A stretch of DNA of 64,000 bases from an uncultured Gammaproteobacteria bacterium (GTDB taxonomy: Bacteria; Patescibacteriota; Microgenomatia; Levybacterales; GWA1-39-11): assembly GCA_964452165.1 (NCBI GenBank), contig CAYVKP010000001.1:490729-554728 (forward strand). Direction: 5' to 3'. The notes beneath the pieces are model-generated. The model saw only the letters and a list, made by a program, of their open reading frames with translations, was not told where the DNA came from and did not search any database. The position numbers and the translations under genes are program-made. This document shows, in pieces, positions 10,719 through 20,564 of this stretch (positions within the stretch are counted from its first letter, which is position 1; each line of letters starts with the position of its first letter).

Positions 10719-11703
10719 GTGACAGGATTGTACTAAAATGCTCAGCAATCTTTTTCTGACTTGCGAGCGAGGGATGTATGTCGTCTGAGAAATCTCCATT
10801 CACAAGCCAGCTGTAGGGATCTACAAAATACGCTCCATACTCATCCGAAATTTTTCTAATGATTCTGTTGTAGTTTTCAAGTTGGCCCTTGTCAATGTCT
10901 CTTCTTGGCAACGTTGATACTAGAAATATTTTTGCCCCTGAATTAAAGTGCTTAACGTCGCCAACAATCTTGTAATAATCGCGTTCAAAATTATCAAGAT
11001 TCACATTTCCTGCCGCGTCATTTGTCCCTAGAAAAATAATTATAGCATCAGACTTAAAGCTCAGCAGATCCTTTCTGTAGCGGTAAATCGCGTTGTCTAC
11101 GCCTTTCATTTGTGAGACGGTAGACTGTATTATGCTTGCATTGTGAAGTTCATATCCAATATCATCCGCTAAAATCTGACTATAGTTATCTTTTCCGTAG
11201 ACCGTTGAAATGGAATCACCCAAAACTGATAGAATCTTATTGTGGAGTCTATATTGGAATAGATGAGCGTTTCCTTCAAGATATATTCCCTTCATTCTGA
11301 TCTGGCAAGGAAAATAAAAATGACTGCACGTGTGCCTGACGGTTACTGTATGGGCTGATGTTTTATCTACCGAGATGGACAATTTTTGGCTATCAAGGTT
11401 TGGAGATGAGAGAGAGTAGCCTTTTCCATCAACGAAAATTTCAACTCCCTGATCGGATTTTGATGTAGTCTCAAACTCAAAGTCTACCTCGCGGCTTCGG
11501 GAGAACATGAAATTTAGTTCGCTTCCCGCGTATAGGCTTTCGTTGTCTTTCCAACCGACACCTCGGTTGATTAGACTACTGTCTGCAAAGTTCTTAATTC
11601 CTTGAGCAGCTGGCGTGTGGGCGTATGTCAAAAACGACACTACAAGAGTTAATGCCACAATAACCAGAAGTCTAGTGCTGCTATCTGATAACTTTTTTCT
11701 CAT
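10705..11703 (-). CDS. Exported SGNH/GDSL hydrolase (esterase/acyl-editing)
   Basis: N-terminal TM/signal; block I GDSI, block III GTND, block V DDIHP. Confidence 0.85.
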   Translation of the reverse strand: MRKKLSDSSTRLLVIVALTLVVSFLTYAHTPAAQGIKNFADSSLINRGVGWKDNESLYAGSELNFMFSRSREVDFEFETTSKSDQGVEIFVDGKGYSLSSPNLDSQKLSISVDKTSAHTVTVRHTCSHFYFPCQIRMKGIYLEGNAHLFQYRLHNKILSVLGDSISTVYGKDNYSQILADDIGYELHNASIIQSTVSQMKGVDNAIYRYRKDLLSFKSDAIIIFLGTNDAAGNVNLDNFERDYYKIVGDVKHFNSGAKIFLVSTLPRRDIDKGQLENYNRIIRKISDEYGAYFVDPYSWLVNGDFSDDIHPSLASQKKIAEHFSTILSPILK

Positions 11704-11906
11704 GAAGCAATTTATGTAATTATACTGGTTTCAATAAACGTAGACAATATTGATCGGGTTGTATTCTGTCTCATCAGTTCGTGCTTTACAAAGAAAATTA
11801 ACATTGATATAGTTAATAAAATTTTAAATACATTACATTCATCTGCCATATAAGCTTACAGAGCTGCTCGTAATGGAAATCTTAAAACCGGAAATATTCA
11901 CCTAAG

Positions 11907-14216
11907 ATGAATTTATTAAGAAAGAACTCTTTTATAGTTATAAACATTGTTGTAGTTTTGCTCTTATTTTCTCTCCCTTATTATTTGTTTGGTGGGAAGT
12001 TATTTCTGGGAGGTGACGATACAAGACTTTTTTATATTTATCCTAAGGATTATTTAGTCAACGTCCCGTTTTTTTCTTGGACCAATTTATCTTCAATAGG
12101 TTGGAGCTTTTCATACCAAACATTTATTCCGTTCGTTTCCGTGTGGGTCATACTTTCGGAAGTTATAAGAAATAAAATTATTTTAGGATATTTCTCTTTC
12201 TCTCTACCTTTGGTTTTAGGGTTCGTTTTTTTCCAAGAGTTTACACGCGAGCTAATAATTGAGAACAAAGATAAATATAAACCGGAGATATTGGCGGGCG
12301 CTCTTTTTTATACTCTCTCCCCTATAATAATAAATAATCATTTCCTTAATCCTCTCATACCCATATGGCTAATCGGTTTGATTCCCGCACTTTGTTGTTA
12401 CTTTTTAAGATTTCTGAAAACGGGCGAGTACAAAAATGTTTTCATATCAATTATTCTTACTACTATTTTTTCATTCGGCTCTCACAATATTCCTTGGCTC
12501 GCGGGGTTTCTGATGCCACTCGTTCTTTCTCTCGTGGTGTGTTCAGTTCTATTCAGTAAACACGACGTTTACACTTTCATAAAAAGGATTGCCATTTTTT
12601 CTACAATTACTTTGGTCTCTCAGGCCTTTTGGTTATTTGGCTTCGTAATTACGTTTATAAATCCGAGTAGCAGCAACGTTGCCTCAAAGGTTGTCTCGGG
12701 AAGCTTTGTTAATGATTTTGCAAGGTCGGTTGAAGCGACATCTGTCGGGACAATTATTTATCCTCTCTTAAATCTTTACCAAAGACAAATCGCTTTCGAC
12801 TTCGGTTGGAATTTGAAGAATATTTACCAATTATTCTATGACAAAATCTATTTCTTAAATGTCATCTATATAGCAATCCTGTTTTCAGGAATTTTAAATC
12901 TTGCAAAGAATACGAGTAGGCTGGAGCGGAAAATATTCTTAATTCTTCTATCTGCGTTCATTATTGCTCTCTTCTTGTTTACAATAAATATTGGCTCGCT
13001 TTTTAATTTTTACATTTGGCTCGGACACATTCCGGGGTTTGTATTATTCAGAAATCCGTATGATAAATTTGCTCTCGGATATGGACTCATCTATTCACTT
13101 TTAATCACGTACTGCCTTATTATATTGAACCGCAAGTATAAGAAGATAAACTTCACAGGGCTTTCAATTGTCGTAGCATTTTTTGTAGTCGTCATGATCA
13201 ACGCTTTGCCTACAAGGGCAATAATCGTCTCTCCGTTATGGACCACTAAGAATATTTATAAAAACATTATTATTCCTAAAGAGTATTTTGATTTTATGAC
13301 ACAAATAAAGACTAAGATTTCACCCTCGAATAATATACTGAGTTTACCTTACGGTTTGTCGTTATACACAATCATAAAAGATCAAAGTTCAAATAACGTT
13401 TATGCCGGCGTCTCGCCCGTCGTAATGTTTAGTGGCGTAAACGATATCTCAGGATACTTATCATTTAATTACACCCCCGAAGCAACTGCGTTCGATCGCG
13501 CCATAGTGGGCAGAGACTACAACGGCATGAATAATATTCTATATACGCACAACATAAATTATGTATTTTTAACAAAAAATATACCCGAGGAAGTGAAAAA
13601 ATCCTATCTTTTCGTGCCTGAAGTTATGAAAAATCAGGATGGGGAATTTCTCTCCAAAATAACTTCAAAAAAAATCATAACAAGCACTGAGGGCAATTAC
13701 GAACTTTATGAAGCAAAAAAAAGAAACCTTCAAATCGCTTCGGATAACTCTCTTTTTAAAAGAGTAAGTAGGGTAAGATACGAGATTTTAATAAAAAATA
13801 TTAAGAGTAGGCAAGAGTTGGATTTCAATGATACCTTCCATGAGGGTTGGAAACTATATTTACAGCGTGGGGCGTTCAACTGCCAAGATCCTAAGAAAAT
13901 AACCGAACTTAAGACAGTTGAATGTCAACCTGATCCTAAAATGTTTGAGCCAAGTGACTTGACCTATCTATGGCAAAAAAGTGTTTTTGATAAGTCTCAC
14001 AGTATTAAGAATGGCTTTTCCAATAAGTGGGTGATTGACCCCGTTTTTATTAAGAGAAGCGTAGACAAAAAACTCTATACGTTGAATAAGGATGGTTCGA
14101 TTGATCTACGACTGACTTTGTACTTTGAACCTCAAGAGTATTTTTACATAGGTGGTCTGATCAGTATTTTGACTATTGGGTCACTATTTATTTTTGTTGT
14201 TTTTAGACGAAAATGA
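11907..14216 (+). CDS. Large polytopic membrane protein, GT-C-like (AftD/YfhO-like), copy 2
   Basis: [33 protein letters not shown] shared with 7430-9703. Confidence 0.65.
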   Translation: MNLLRKNSFIVINIVVVLLLFSLPYYLFGGKLFLGGDDTRLFYIYPKDYLVNVPFFSWTNLSSIGWSFSYQTFIPFVSVWVILSEVIRNKIILGYFSFSLPLVLGFVFFQEFTRELIIENKDKYKPEILAGALFYTLSPIIINNHFLNPLIPIWLIGLIPALCCYFLRFLKTGEYKNVFISIILTTIFSFGSHNIPWLAGFLMPLVLSLVVCSVLFSKHDVYTFIKRIAIFSTITLVSQAFWLFGFVITFINPSSSNVASKVVSGSFVNDFARSVEATSVGTIIYPLLNLYQRQIAFDFGWNLKNIYQLFYDKIYFLNVIYIAILFSGILNLAKNTSRLERKIFLILLSAFIIALFLFTINIGSLFNFYIWLGHIPGFVLFRNPYDKFALGYGLIYSLLITYCLIILNRKYKKINFTGLSIVVAFFVVVMINALPTRAIIVSPLWTTKNIYKNIIIPKEYFDFMTQIKTKISPSNNILSLPYGLSLYTIIKDQSSNNVYAGVSPVVMFSGVNDISGYLSFNYTPEATAFDRAIVGRDYNGMNNILYTHNINYVFLTKNIPEEVKKSYLFVPEVMKNQDGEFLSKITSKKIITSTEGNYELYEAKKRNLQIASDNSLFKRVSRVRYEILIKNIKSRQELDFNDTFHEGWKLYLQRGAFNCQDPKKITELKTVECQPDPKMFEPSDLTYLWQKSVFDKSHSIKNGFSNKWVIDPVFIKRSVDKKLYTLNKDGSIDLRLTLYFEPQEYFYIGGLISILTIGSLFIFVVFRRK

Positions 14217-15199
14217 AACTTAAAGTTCGCGCAAACATCTTGAATATAGCAAAGCTCGTAATCGTTGGTCTATTGCTGATTTTTTGGGTAGTCTCATCAC
14301 TTTTGTTTGTAAACCACCTCAGCTTTACTATCGTAACGTTTCAAACTAGAAATGACCTTCAGATAAAGAATAGTACAGTTGATGTTGATGAGAGGAACGT
14401 TTACGAAGGGCAGTTTACTTCCCGCGATAACAATTTGGGACTCATAATCCTTGAAATTGAAAAATATAAAAACCCCGCATTTGGTAAAGAAGGTATTGTT
14501 GCTTTTAAGCTCCAAGAAAAGGGTAAAAATGACTGGGGTTTTCAGAAAGAATATAGTAGCGGATTATTCGATAGCCAATCTGAGTTTGCGTTTGGTTTCC
14601 CGCCAATTCCCGATTCAAAAGGCAAAATATACCTCTTTCAGCTGTCGTTAAAGGGGGAGGCCGACAATAAGATGAAACTTGAGGCCAATAACTACATTGT
14701 AACTGGATATCAATATTCAAAGTCGGAGATACGAAAAAACAAACTTCAGGCGATTGAATTTATCTTCAATAAAACACTCGGATCATTCACGGATACAGGA
14801 TTTGTTATTAAATCGCTCAAATATCTGTTCCCTCTAGCTCTCTTTTTGATTGGGTTTTTTGGTTTGAAGAATATCCGGATTCGTTTCAAAAAAGAGCACT
14901 TAAAAATACTTTTTGTAGGGATGGTTTTATTTGAATTGTTGTTTTCAAAATATATTCGCGTAGAAGGGTTTTATGTGTTGTTGGCGCTTTGGATATTAGC
15001 AATAGCAGTTTATGAAATTAAGAGTCGTGTATCGTTTATTTTAGGCTTTTTACTTATTACTCTTTGGGCTTGTATAATTCCCTTAGGACAGAAGAGTTTG
15101 GAGAGTAATTTAAATGTATGGATCTATGCGTTATTTGTAATCGGTTTTATTCAATTATTAATTGAAGAGAGGAGCAATAATGAGAAAAAGAAGCCTTAG
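14213..15199 (+). CDS. Membrane protein, partner copy 2
   Basis: FTSRDNNLG and FAFGFPPIPDSKGKIYLF; paralog of 9693-10718; ATGA overlap with the upstream gene. Confidence 0.6.
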   Translation: MKLKVRANILNIAKLVIVGLLLIFWVVSSLLFVNHLSFTIVTFQTRNDLQIKNSTVDVDERNVYEGQFTSRDNNLGLIILEIEKYKNPAFGKEGIVAFKLQEKGKNDWGFQKEYSSGLFDSQSEFAFGFPPIPDSKGKIYLFQLSLKGEADNKMKLEANNYIVTGYQYSKSEIRKNKLQAIEFIFNKTLGSFTDTGFVIKSLKYLFPLALFLIGFFGLKNIRIRFKKEHLKILFVGMVLFELLFSKYIRVEGFYVLLALWILAIAVYEIKSRVSFILGFLLITLWACIIPLGQKSLESNLNVWIYALFVIGFIQLLIEERSNNEKKKP

Positions 15200-15854
15200 A
15201 AATACCTACGGCTATGGGCTATTTTTGCAAAAACAAAACCAAGTTTTCAGGGAGGACTTGTATAAAAGGTTGGAAGTTAAAAAAACTTTCGCAAATAAAA
15301 AAATTTTAGACTTAGGCTGTGGTGACGGTATAGACTCGGTGTTTTTGTCAAAATCTGCAAAGCTTGTAATAGGAGTCGATGTGATTGCCTACAGGCAGTG
15401 GCCATCATTAACAAATAAAAGATTAAGGTTTACTAAGGCTAATTCTACAAACCTTCCTTTTAGAGATAACACCTTCGACGGAGTTTACTTGAAAGATATG
15501 TTGCATCACATTAAGAACGTAGAAAAAACCCTGGAGGAGATCAAGCGTGTGACAAAGGCCGGTGGTGACATTGTAATACTTGAAGCAAATAGATATAACC
15601 CGATCTTCTATTTTTACGCTACCAAAATTAGGGGTCACGACCATTTTTCGCAAGGAGAGTTCAAAAATTTAATCAAAAGTAAATTTCCAAAGACTCGCTT
15701 CATTCATCTGGAGGCTTACCCACCTTTTCGTTTGCCAATGATCGTCTATAAGCTTGTTCAGAAGCTTGAGAACGGAATTAACAAGATACATCTTCTTGAT
15801 CCCATTTTTTCATACAACTTGGCAAAAATAAAAAACACTAAACAAAAGACTTGA
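15180..15854 (+). CDS. Class I SAM-dependent methyltransferase
   Basis: ILDLGCGDG, GVDV, LPFRDNTFD...MLHH...RVTKAGG; ATG 15180 preferred to TTG 15162. Confidence 0.88.
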   Translation: MRKRSLRNTYGYGLFLQKQNQVFREDLYKRLEVKKTFANKKILDLGCGDGIDSVFLSKSAKLVIGVDVIAYRQWPSLTNKRLRFTKANSTNLPFRDNTFDGVYLKDMLHHIKNVEKTLEEIKRVTKAGGDIVILEANRYNPIFYFYATKIRGHDHFSQGEFKNLIKSKFPKTRFIHLEAYPPFRLPMIVYKLVQKLENGINKIHLLDPIFSYNLAKIKNTKQKT

Positions 15855-17688
15855 GGAGACTTGCCCGATTTTTTACCAGGTATAAAATCCAGAAGGAAAA
15901 AGTGGAAATGGAGACTATTAGACCGTAATAAAAGGGCGTGGAGGAATAAATAAATTTATAAACATGATTGCCCGGGACTGTTTCGACTTCCAAAAATCTT
16001 CCGACTAATAATTCCTGTTTTTTACCGTCCACAAACGCGTTCCAGCCGGGATATTTACTTTCAAGCAGTAATAAGTGTTTTTTACCCTCTGAATTGGCAG
16101 ATAGAGTTATCTCATTTACTGAAAAAACGGGCCTTTGAGGTTCTTTATCAATAGCTGCAAATGGCGTTGCCCCAGAATCCTTATAAAGAATGATATTCTT
16201 ATCGAATTCTCTTATTTTTTCAAGCTCCGCGTTTTCAATATTAGTTTTGCTAATGACAAATCCGGGTTTTAAGTCTACGTAAGATTTTTCTTCCCTAAAA
16301 TTATATTTTTCAGCCAAGCTTCCTTTCAGTATTAATCCATAGTTAGATTGCAGCATAAGTAGATGATGGAGATAGGCCTGGTCTTGGGGAATATCGCCTT
16401 GTGATGTGGCGTGAACGGTATAGTAGCTATTTGGGTTATTGTTTGCAATCCACACAAGTGGAGCTGTCGTCTCTTGGTTAATATTGCCGAATTCTTTTGT
16501 TGCTAAGATTTTTTGTGAGAAGGCGAATACCACAACTAGATTTAAAATCAAAACTACAATTGCAATAATCTTTCTTTTCCATGCATCAACTAACAATCCG
16601 AAAGAAAGCAGAATTATTATTCCCCAAAGCGCAAGTATTCTACTTGGAACATGGAAGTACTGCAGAGTACTGATGCTTGAAATAATGTAATAGAGCGGGT
16701 TGATAGGTGCATCGGGCGTTGAAAGCAGCAAAAATAAAATTGTTAGAACGATAAGAATTGGTATTTTTCCACTGGATTTTGTAAGTGAGGATTTGGCCAG
16801 GAAGTATAATCCCAGAATAGAAAACGGACCAATAAAAGAAAGACTTTCCCACCAACCGAATCCCGTCGATATAGCGTTTTTACTTACAATATTCAGATCG
16901 AACGGAAAAAATAAATTATATATAATGCTGAAGAAATTCAATCCCCCATTGAAAGGCTCCTTCGTTTTGGATATATAATTTTGCAGCTCTATCATCGGAA
17001 AGATTTTGATAGAGGAGAATAATAAGAAGAAGATGACGGTTAACATCAATAATAAAGAAACCTTTTTGTCCTTGAGCAGGTAATATAAAAAAATTGCAGC
17101 TGTGCCGTACAAACAATAAAGGCAATTGTATATATCGCCCGTGAAAAGAATTAATGAAAGAGTGATTGCGGCAAGTCCGGCCCACAATATTTTTCTGTCT
17201 TGAGATATTTTCACAATACAAAATAGAAACAAAGGGAGGAAGCCAAACGACACTACTTTTTCAATATGACCCGCAGCAACTCTTGACGCCAAATATGTAC
17301 CGCTTGCGTAAGTCATGGATATTAATGTAGAAACGGTTGGCGAAGTTTTATAGAGTCTTGCAAGACAAAACATTGATAAACACGCCAACAACACGGAAAA
17401 AAAATAAGTGACTTTTATGGCAGTGGAGTAATCAAAGATAAGAATAGGAATACTGATAACCGGATTGTATATTCCATACAACGGGTCGGCGATGGCAGGA
17501 ATTCCCTGATCAATATAGGGGTTCCACTGAGGAAACTTATGGTGCTTAATAACTGATTCTTTAAAGTGCAGAAGTGGTACAATGTTGCCATTGAGGTCAT
17601 TGCCGTTTATGACGGTGGGGCTTAGAATAAATTGTAATAAGACAAGCCAACTGAAGATAAAAAATAGAATAAAAACTTTAAGATTCAT
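15838..17688 (-). CDS. YfhO-family polytopic membrane protein (GT-C-like)
   Basis: FPQWNPYIDQGIP..ADP after TM1, AGH motif, C-terminal YPGWNAFVDG and final TM; start ATG 17688 or TTG 17700. Confidence 0.75.
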   Translation of the reverse strand: MNLKVFILFFIFSWLVLLQFILSPTVINGNDLNGNIVPLLHFKESVIKHHKFPQWNPYIDQGIPAIADPLYGIYNPVISIPILIFDYSTAIKVTYFFSVLLACLSMFCLARLYKTSPTVSTLISMTYASGTYLASRVAAGHIEKVVSFGFLPLFLFCIVKISQDRKILWAGLAAITLSLILFTGDIYNCLYCLYGTAAIFLYYLLKDKKVSLLLMLTVIFFLLFSSIKIFPMIELQNYISKTKEPFNGGLNFFSIIYNLFFPFDLNIVSKNAISTGFGWWESLSFIGPFSILGLYFLAKSSLTKSSGKIPILIVLTILFLLLSTPDAPINPLYYIISSISTLQYFHVPSRILALWGIIILLSFGLLVDAWKRKIIAIVVLILNLVVVFAFSQKILATKEFGNINQETTAPLVWIANNNPNSYYTVHATSQGDIPQDQAYLHHLLMLQSNYGLILKGSLAEKYNFREEKSYVDLKPGFVISKTNIENAELEKIREFDKNIILYKDSGATPFAAIDKEPQRPVFSVNEITLSANSEGKKHLLLLESKYPGWNAFVDGKKQELLVGRFLEVETVPGNHVYKFIYSSTPFYYGLIVSISTFSFWILYLVKNRASLLKSFV

Positions 17689-17721
17689 GAATAATTTCAA
17701 TTGTATTATAGCATCAAGTAA

Positions 17722-19773
17722 ATGATAAGAAGACCTTCATTTTTATTGAATTTATTTAAAGACAGAAGCCGTTTTTTTACAGGTTTAATACTCTTCATAA
17801 TCGCATTAATATTTAGGGGGTGGTTCCACTTGTTGCCGTTATCAACGGGGGATTGGAGCTATAAGTTTCCCCAGACAATTTTAGATTTTAAATTATATCC
17901 GTATGCTTGGGGCCCAACTTTTAATAATGGCATGGGTGGTAGTACTATTTTTCTTCTTCCTCTTAACACTTTCTTTGTAGGTTCTGCGTCAATTCTATTC
18001 AGCTTTTTCCACCTGCCATGGGTTTTGATTGAGAAGTTGGTTTGGTTTTGGCCATATCTTATTATTGCCGTTTCCGGTTCATACTTTCTGTTTAGAAGAT
18101 TTGTAATAAATGATAATATGCTCGCTCTTGTTTCCTCTCTAATCTTTACCACAAACACTTATTCGCTCATGGTCACAGGAGGAGGGCAAATTGGGGTGGG
18201 AGCAGCTTATGCTCTTATTCCGTGGGTGTTTTGGGGTTTTCTCAATACCTTGGAGAGTACGCGTAAACACGGATTGATCACTAAATCTTCTATTGTCGCG
18301 GGTCTGATATTATCGCTTCAATTGGTGTTTGATTTGCGAATCGTTTACGTTACGCTCGTATCACTTTCCATATACTATTTGTTTTATGTTTTATCTTCCG
18401 GATTCTTTGAGTCGATCAAGAAAAGCATTGTGCCCTTTTTCATCGTTCCTGGCGTAATAACTTTATTCCTCCATTTTTTCTGGATACTTCCGCTCATATT
18501 GGCAGGGCAAAATCCGGTGAGCGCACTGGGCGCAGCCTACACCGGTTCTGGGATAGTAGACTTTTTGAGTTTTGCAAAACTTGAGAATACTATTTCCCTG
18601 CTTCACCCAAATTGGCCCGATAATTTGTTTGGGAAAGCCTATTTTATGAGACCCGAATTTTTAATAGTTCCTATCTTGGGGTTCGGGTCTCTGCTCTTTT
18701 CGCCAAAAAATAAGAAGGCCAGTTTGATTTTAGTTTTTTGTACTCTCTCTCTTTTGGGAGCTTTTCTTTCAAAGGGTACAAATGATCCTTTCGGTAGCAT
18801 CTATAAATTGGCTTTTGAGAAGGTTCCCGGTTTTATCATGTTCCGCGATTCAACTAAATGGTACGGTATGACGGCGTTATCTTTCTCGCTGCTCATTCCT
18901 TATTTCTTGTTTAATCTTTCGGAGGTAGTCAAAAGAAAGATAAAAAAAATAGACGTGCTTAGTATATTGGTTTTAATATTTTTAGCGCTTTGGAGTTTCA
19001 CTATAAGGCAGGCTGTCATGGGAGAAGTTAAGGGAACATTTGCACCTCAAAAATCACCTCAACAGTACGCACAATTAACAAACTTTTTGGACTCACAAAA
19101 AGAATTCTTCAGAGCACTTTGGGTTCCATCTTTTCATCAGTATACTTATATGTCGTCCAGTCATCCGGCTATTCCTGCCGGAGATTTTCTAAATGCATAT
19201 TCAGCAAAAACAATTGCCCAAAAAATCCGAAAAAGCCCGAATTTGCTTGCGGATTCGAGCATAAAGTATTTAATTGTTCCGGACGACGTTTACGGTAAGA
19301 TATTTACGGACGACAGAAAATATAGTGACAAGCTTTATCAGGAGCAGGTCAGTCTCTTAAATGGCATAAGTGGCTTAAGAAAAGTAGCCAAGTTTGACAA
19401 TATTGTTGTTTATGAAAACGCCAGTTTCAAAGACCATTTTTGGAGTCGTACTAATAACCTTAAAATAAAATATAGGTCAATCACCCCAACCATGTATCAG
19501 GTTTGGGTAGATGATGCTAAAAAAGGAGACACGCTGGTTTTTTCTGAAGCATTTGACAAGAATTGGGTAGCCGCTGTTTCAGGTGTTAATATTTCGAGCT
19601 TGAAGTACGAGAGTTCACTCAACAGCTTTGTTTTGCCAAGAGATGGGAATTTTGTTTTAACGATTGCATACAAACCGCAAAGGTTCGTTGACATAGGGTT
19701 GATTGTGAGCGCGGTAAGTCTTTTTGTAGTGTTAATGGTTTTAACCATGAATAAGTCTAAGATTAAAAAATGA
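17722..19773 (+). CDS. Polytopic GT-C-like membrane protein (AftD/YfhO-like), distant third paralog
   Basis: STGDW after TM1, FWILP, PGFIMFRDSTKW, FSEAFDKNW, PQ followed by final TM. Confidence 0.65.
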   Translation: MIRRPSFLLNLFKDRSRFFTGLILFIIALIFRGWFHLLPLSTGDWSYKFPQTILDFKLYPYAWGPTFNNGMGGSTIFLLPLNTFFVGSASILFSFFHLPWVLIEKLVWFWPYLIIAVSGSYFLFRRFVINDNMLALVSSLIFTTNTYSLMVTGGGQIGVGAAYALIPWVFWGFLNTLESTRKHGLITKSSIVAGLILSLQLVFDLRIVYVTLVSLSIYYLFYVLSSGFFESIKKSIVPFFIVPGVITLFLHFFWILPLILAGQNPVSALGAAYTGSGIVDFLSFAKLENTISLLHPNWPDNLFGKAYFMRPEFLIVPILGFGSLLFSPKNKKASLILVFCTLSLLGAFLSKGTNDPFGSIYKLAFEKVPGFIMFRDSTKWYGMTALSFSLLIPYFLFNLSEVVKRKIKKIDVLSILVLIFLALWSFTIRQAVMGEVKGTFAPQKSPQQYAQLTNFLDSQKEFFRALWVPSFHQYTYMSSSHPAIPAGDFLNAYSAKTIAQKIRKSPNLLADSSIKYLIVPDDVYGKIFTDDRKYSDKLYQEQVSLLNGISGLRKVAKFDNIVVYENASFKDHFWSRTNNLKIKYRSITPTMYQVWVDDAKKGDTLVFSEAFDKNWVAAVSGVNISSLKYESSLNSFVLPRDGNFVLTIAYKPQRFVDIGLIVSAVSLFVVLMVLTMNKSKIKK

Positions 19774-19988
19774 AACCACAGGATATTTTATTTTTTATTG
19801 TAATTGCCGGACTATTGATGACTCGAAAGCCCAAGCTTCTTGTCGCCGCGGGCATTATTTGTCTTGTTTTCTCTGTTCCCTTATTTGCTTTCTGGATTTT
19901 CTTTACAGCGCAACGCTTAGTTTATTACGCTTTTGGGTTTATTTTGGTCGCCTCGGTTTCAATTCTGCTTCGAAGACCACAAAATTGA
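19770..19988 (+). CDS. Small membrane protein (2-3 TM), probable GT-C partner
   Basis: 72 aa, hydrophobic, ATGA-coupled to the upstream gene; pattern resembles the C-termini of 9693-10718 and 14213-15199. Confidence 0.6.
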   Translation: MKPQDILFFIVIAGLLMTRKPKLLVAAGIICLVFSVPLFAFWIFFTAQRLVYYAFGFILVASVSILLRRPQN

Positions 19989-20024
19989 TTTGTTCGGGAG
20001 CCTGATTATATATATAATAAGGAA

Positions 20025-20564
20025 ATGAGAATAGGAATCGATGTTAGCCAGCTTGCTTACCAGAATACCGGAGTAGCAAATTATCTTTCTGATTTGGTTT
20101 TAAAACTTATTGATACCGACCGGGACAACGAATATATTCTTTTTTTTTCAGCCTTACGAAGGAGATTGCCAATCAGTTTTGAAGAGAAGGTTAGAGAGTT
20201 GGCAAACGTACGGCTTAAAAAGTTTAGCATGCCTCCCGCGGTTCTTGACGTAATCTGGAATAGACTGCACATTCTTCCTATAGAAAACTTGCTTGGAGGG
20301 CTTGATGTTTTTTTGACTTCAGATTGGGCAGAGCCACCCGTACGCAGGGCCAAGAAGATTACAATTATCTATGACCTTATTGTCTATAAACATCCTGAAG
20401 AAACTGATCAAAAAATTATATCAGTTCAAAAGAGAAAGCTTGCCTGGGTAAAAAAAGAGAGCAATATTGTATTTTGTATCTCAGAATCAACTAAAAGTGA
20501 TGTCGAAAACATATTGGGAATTCAAAGTTCTAACGTTAAGGTTATTTATCCTGGAATATTATGA
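20025..20564 (+). CDS. Stand-alone GT4 N-terminal domain
   Basis: MRIGID...TGVANY, IIYDL, ISESTKSD, ends at VIYPG; no C-terminal nucleotide-binding domain. Confidence 0.7.
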   Translation: MRIGIDVSQLAYQNTGVANYLSDLVLKLIDTDRDNEYILFFSALRRRLPISFEEKVRELANVRLKKFSMPPAVLDVIWNRLHILPIENLLGGLDVFLTSDWAEPPVRRAKKITIIYDLIVYKHPEETDQKIISVQKRKLAWVKKESNIVFCISESTKSDVENILGIQSSNVKVIYPGIL

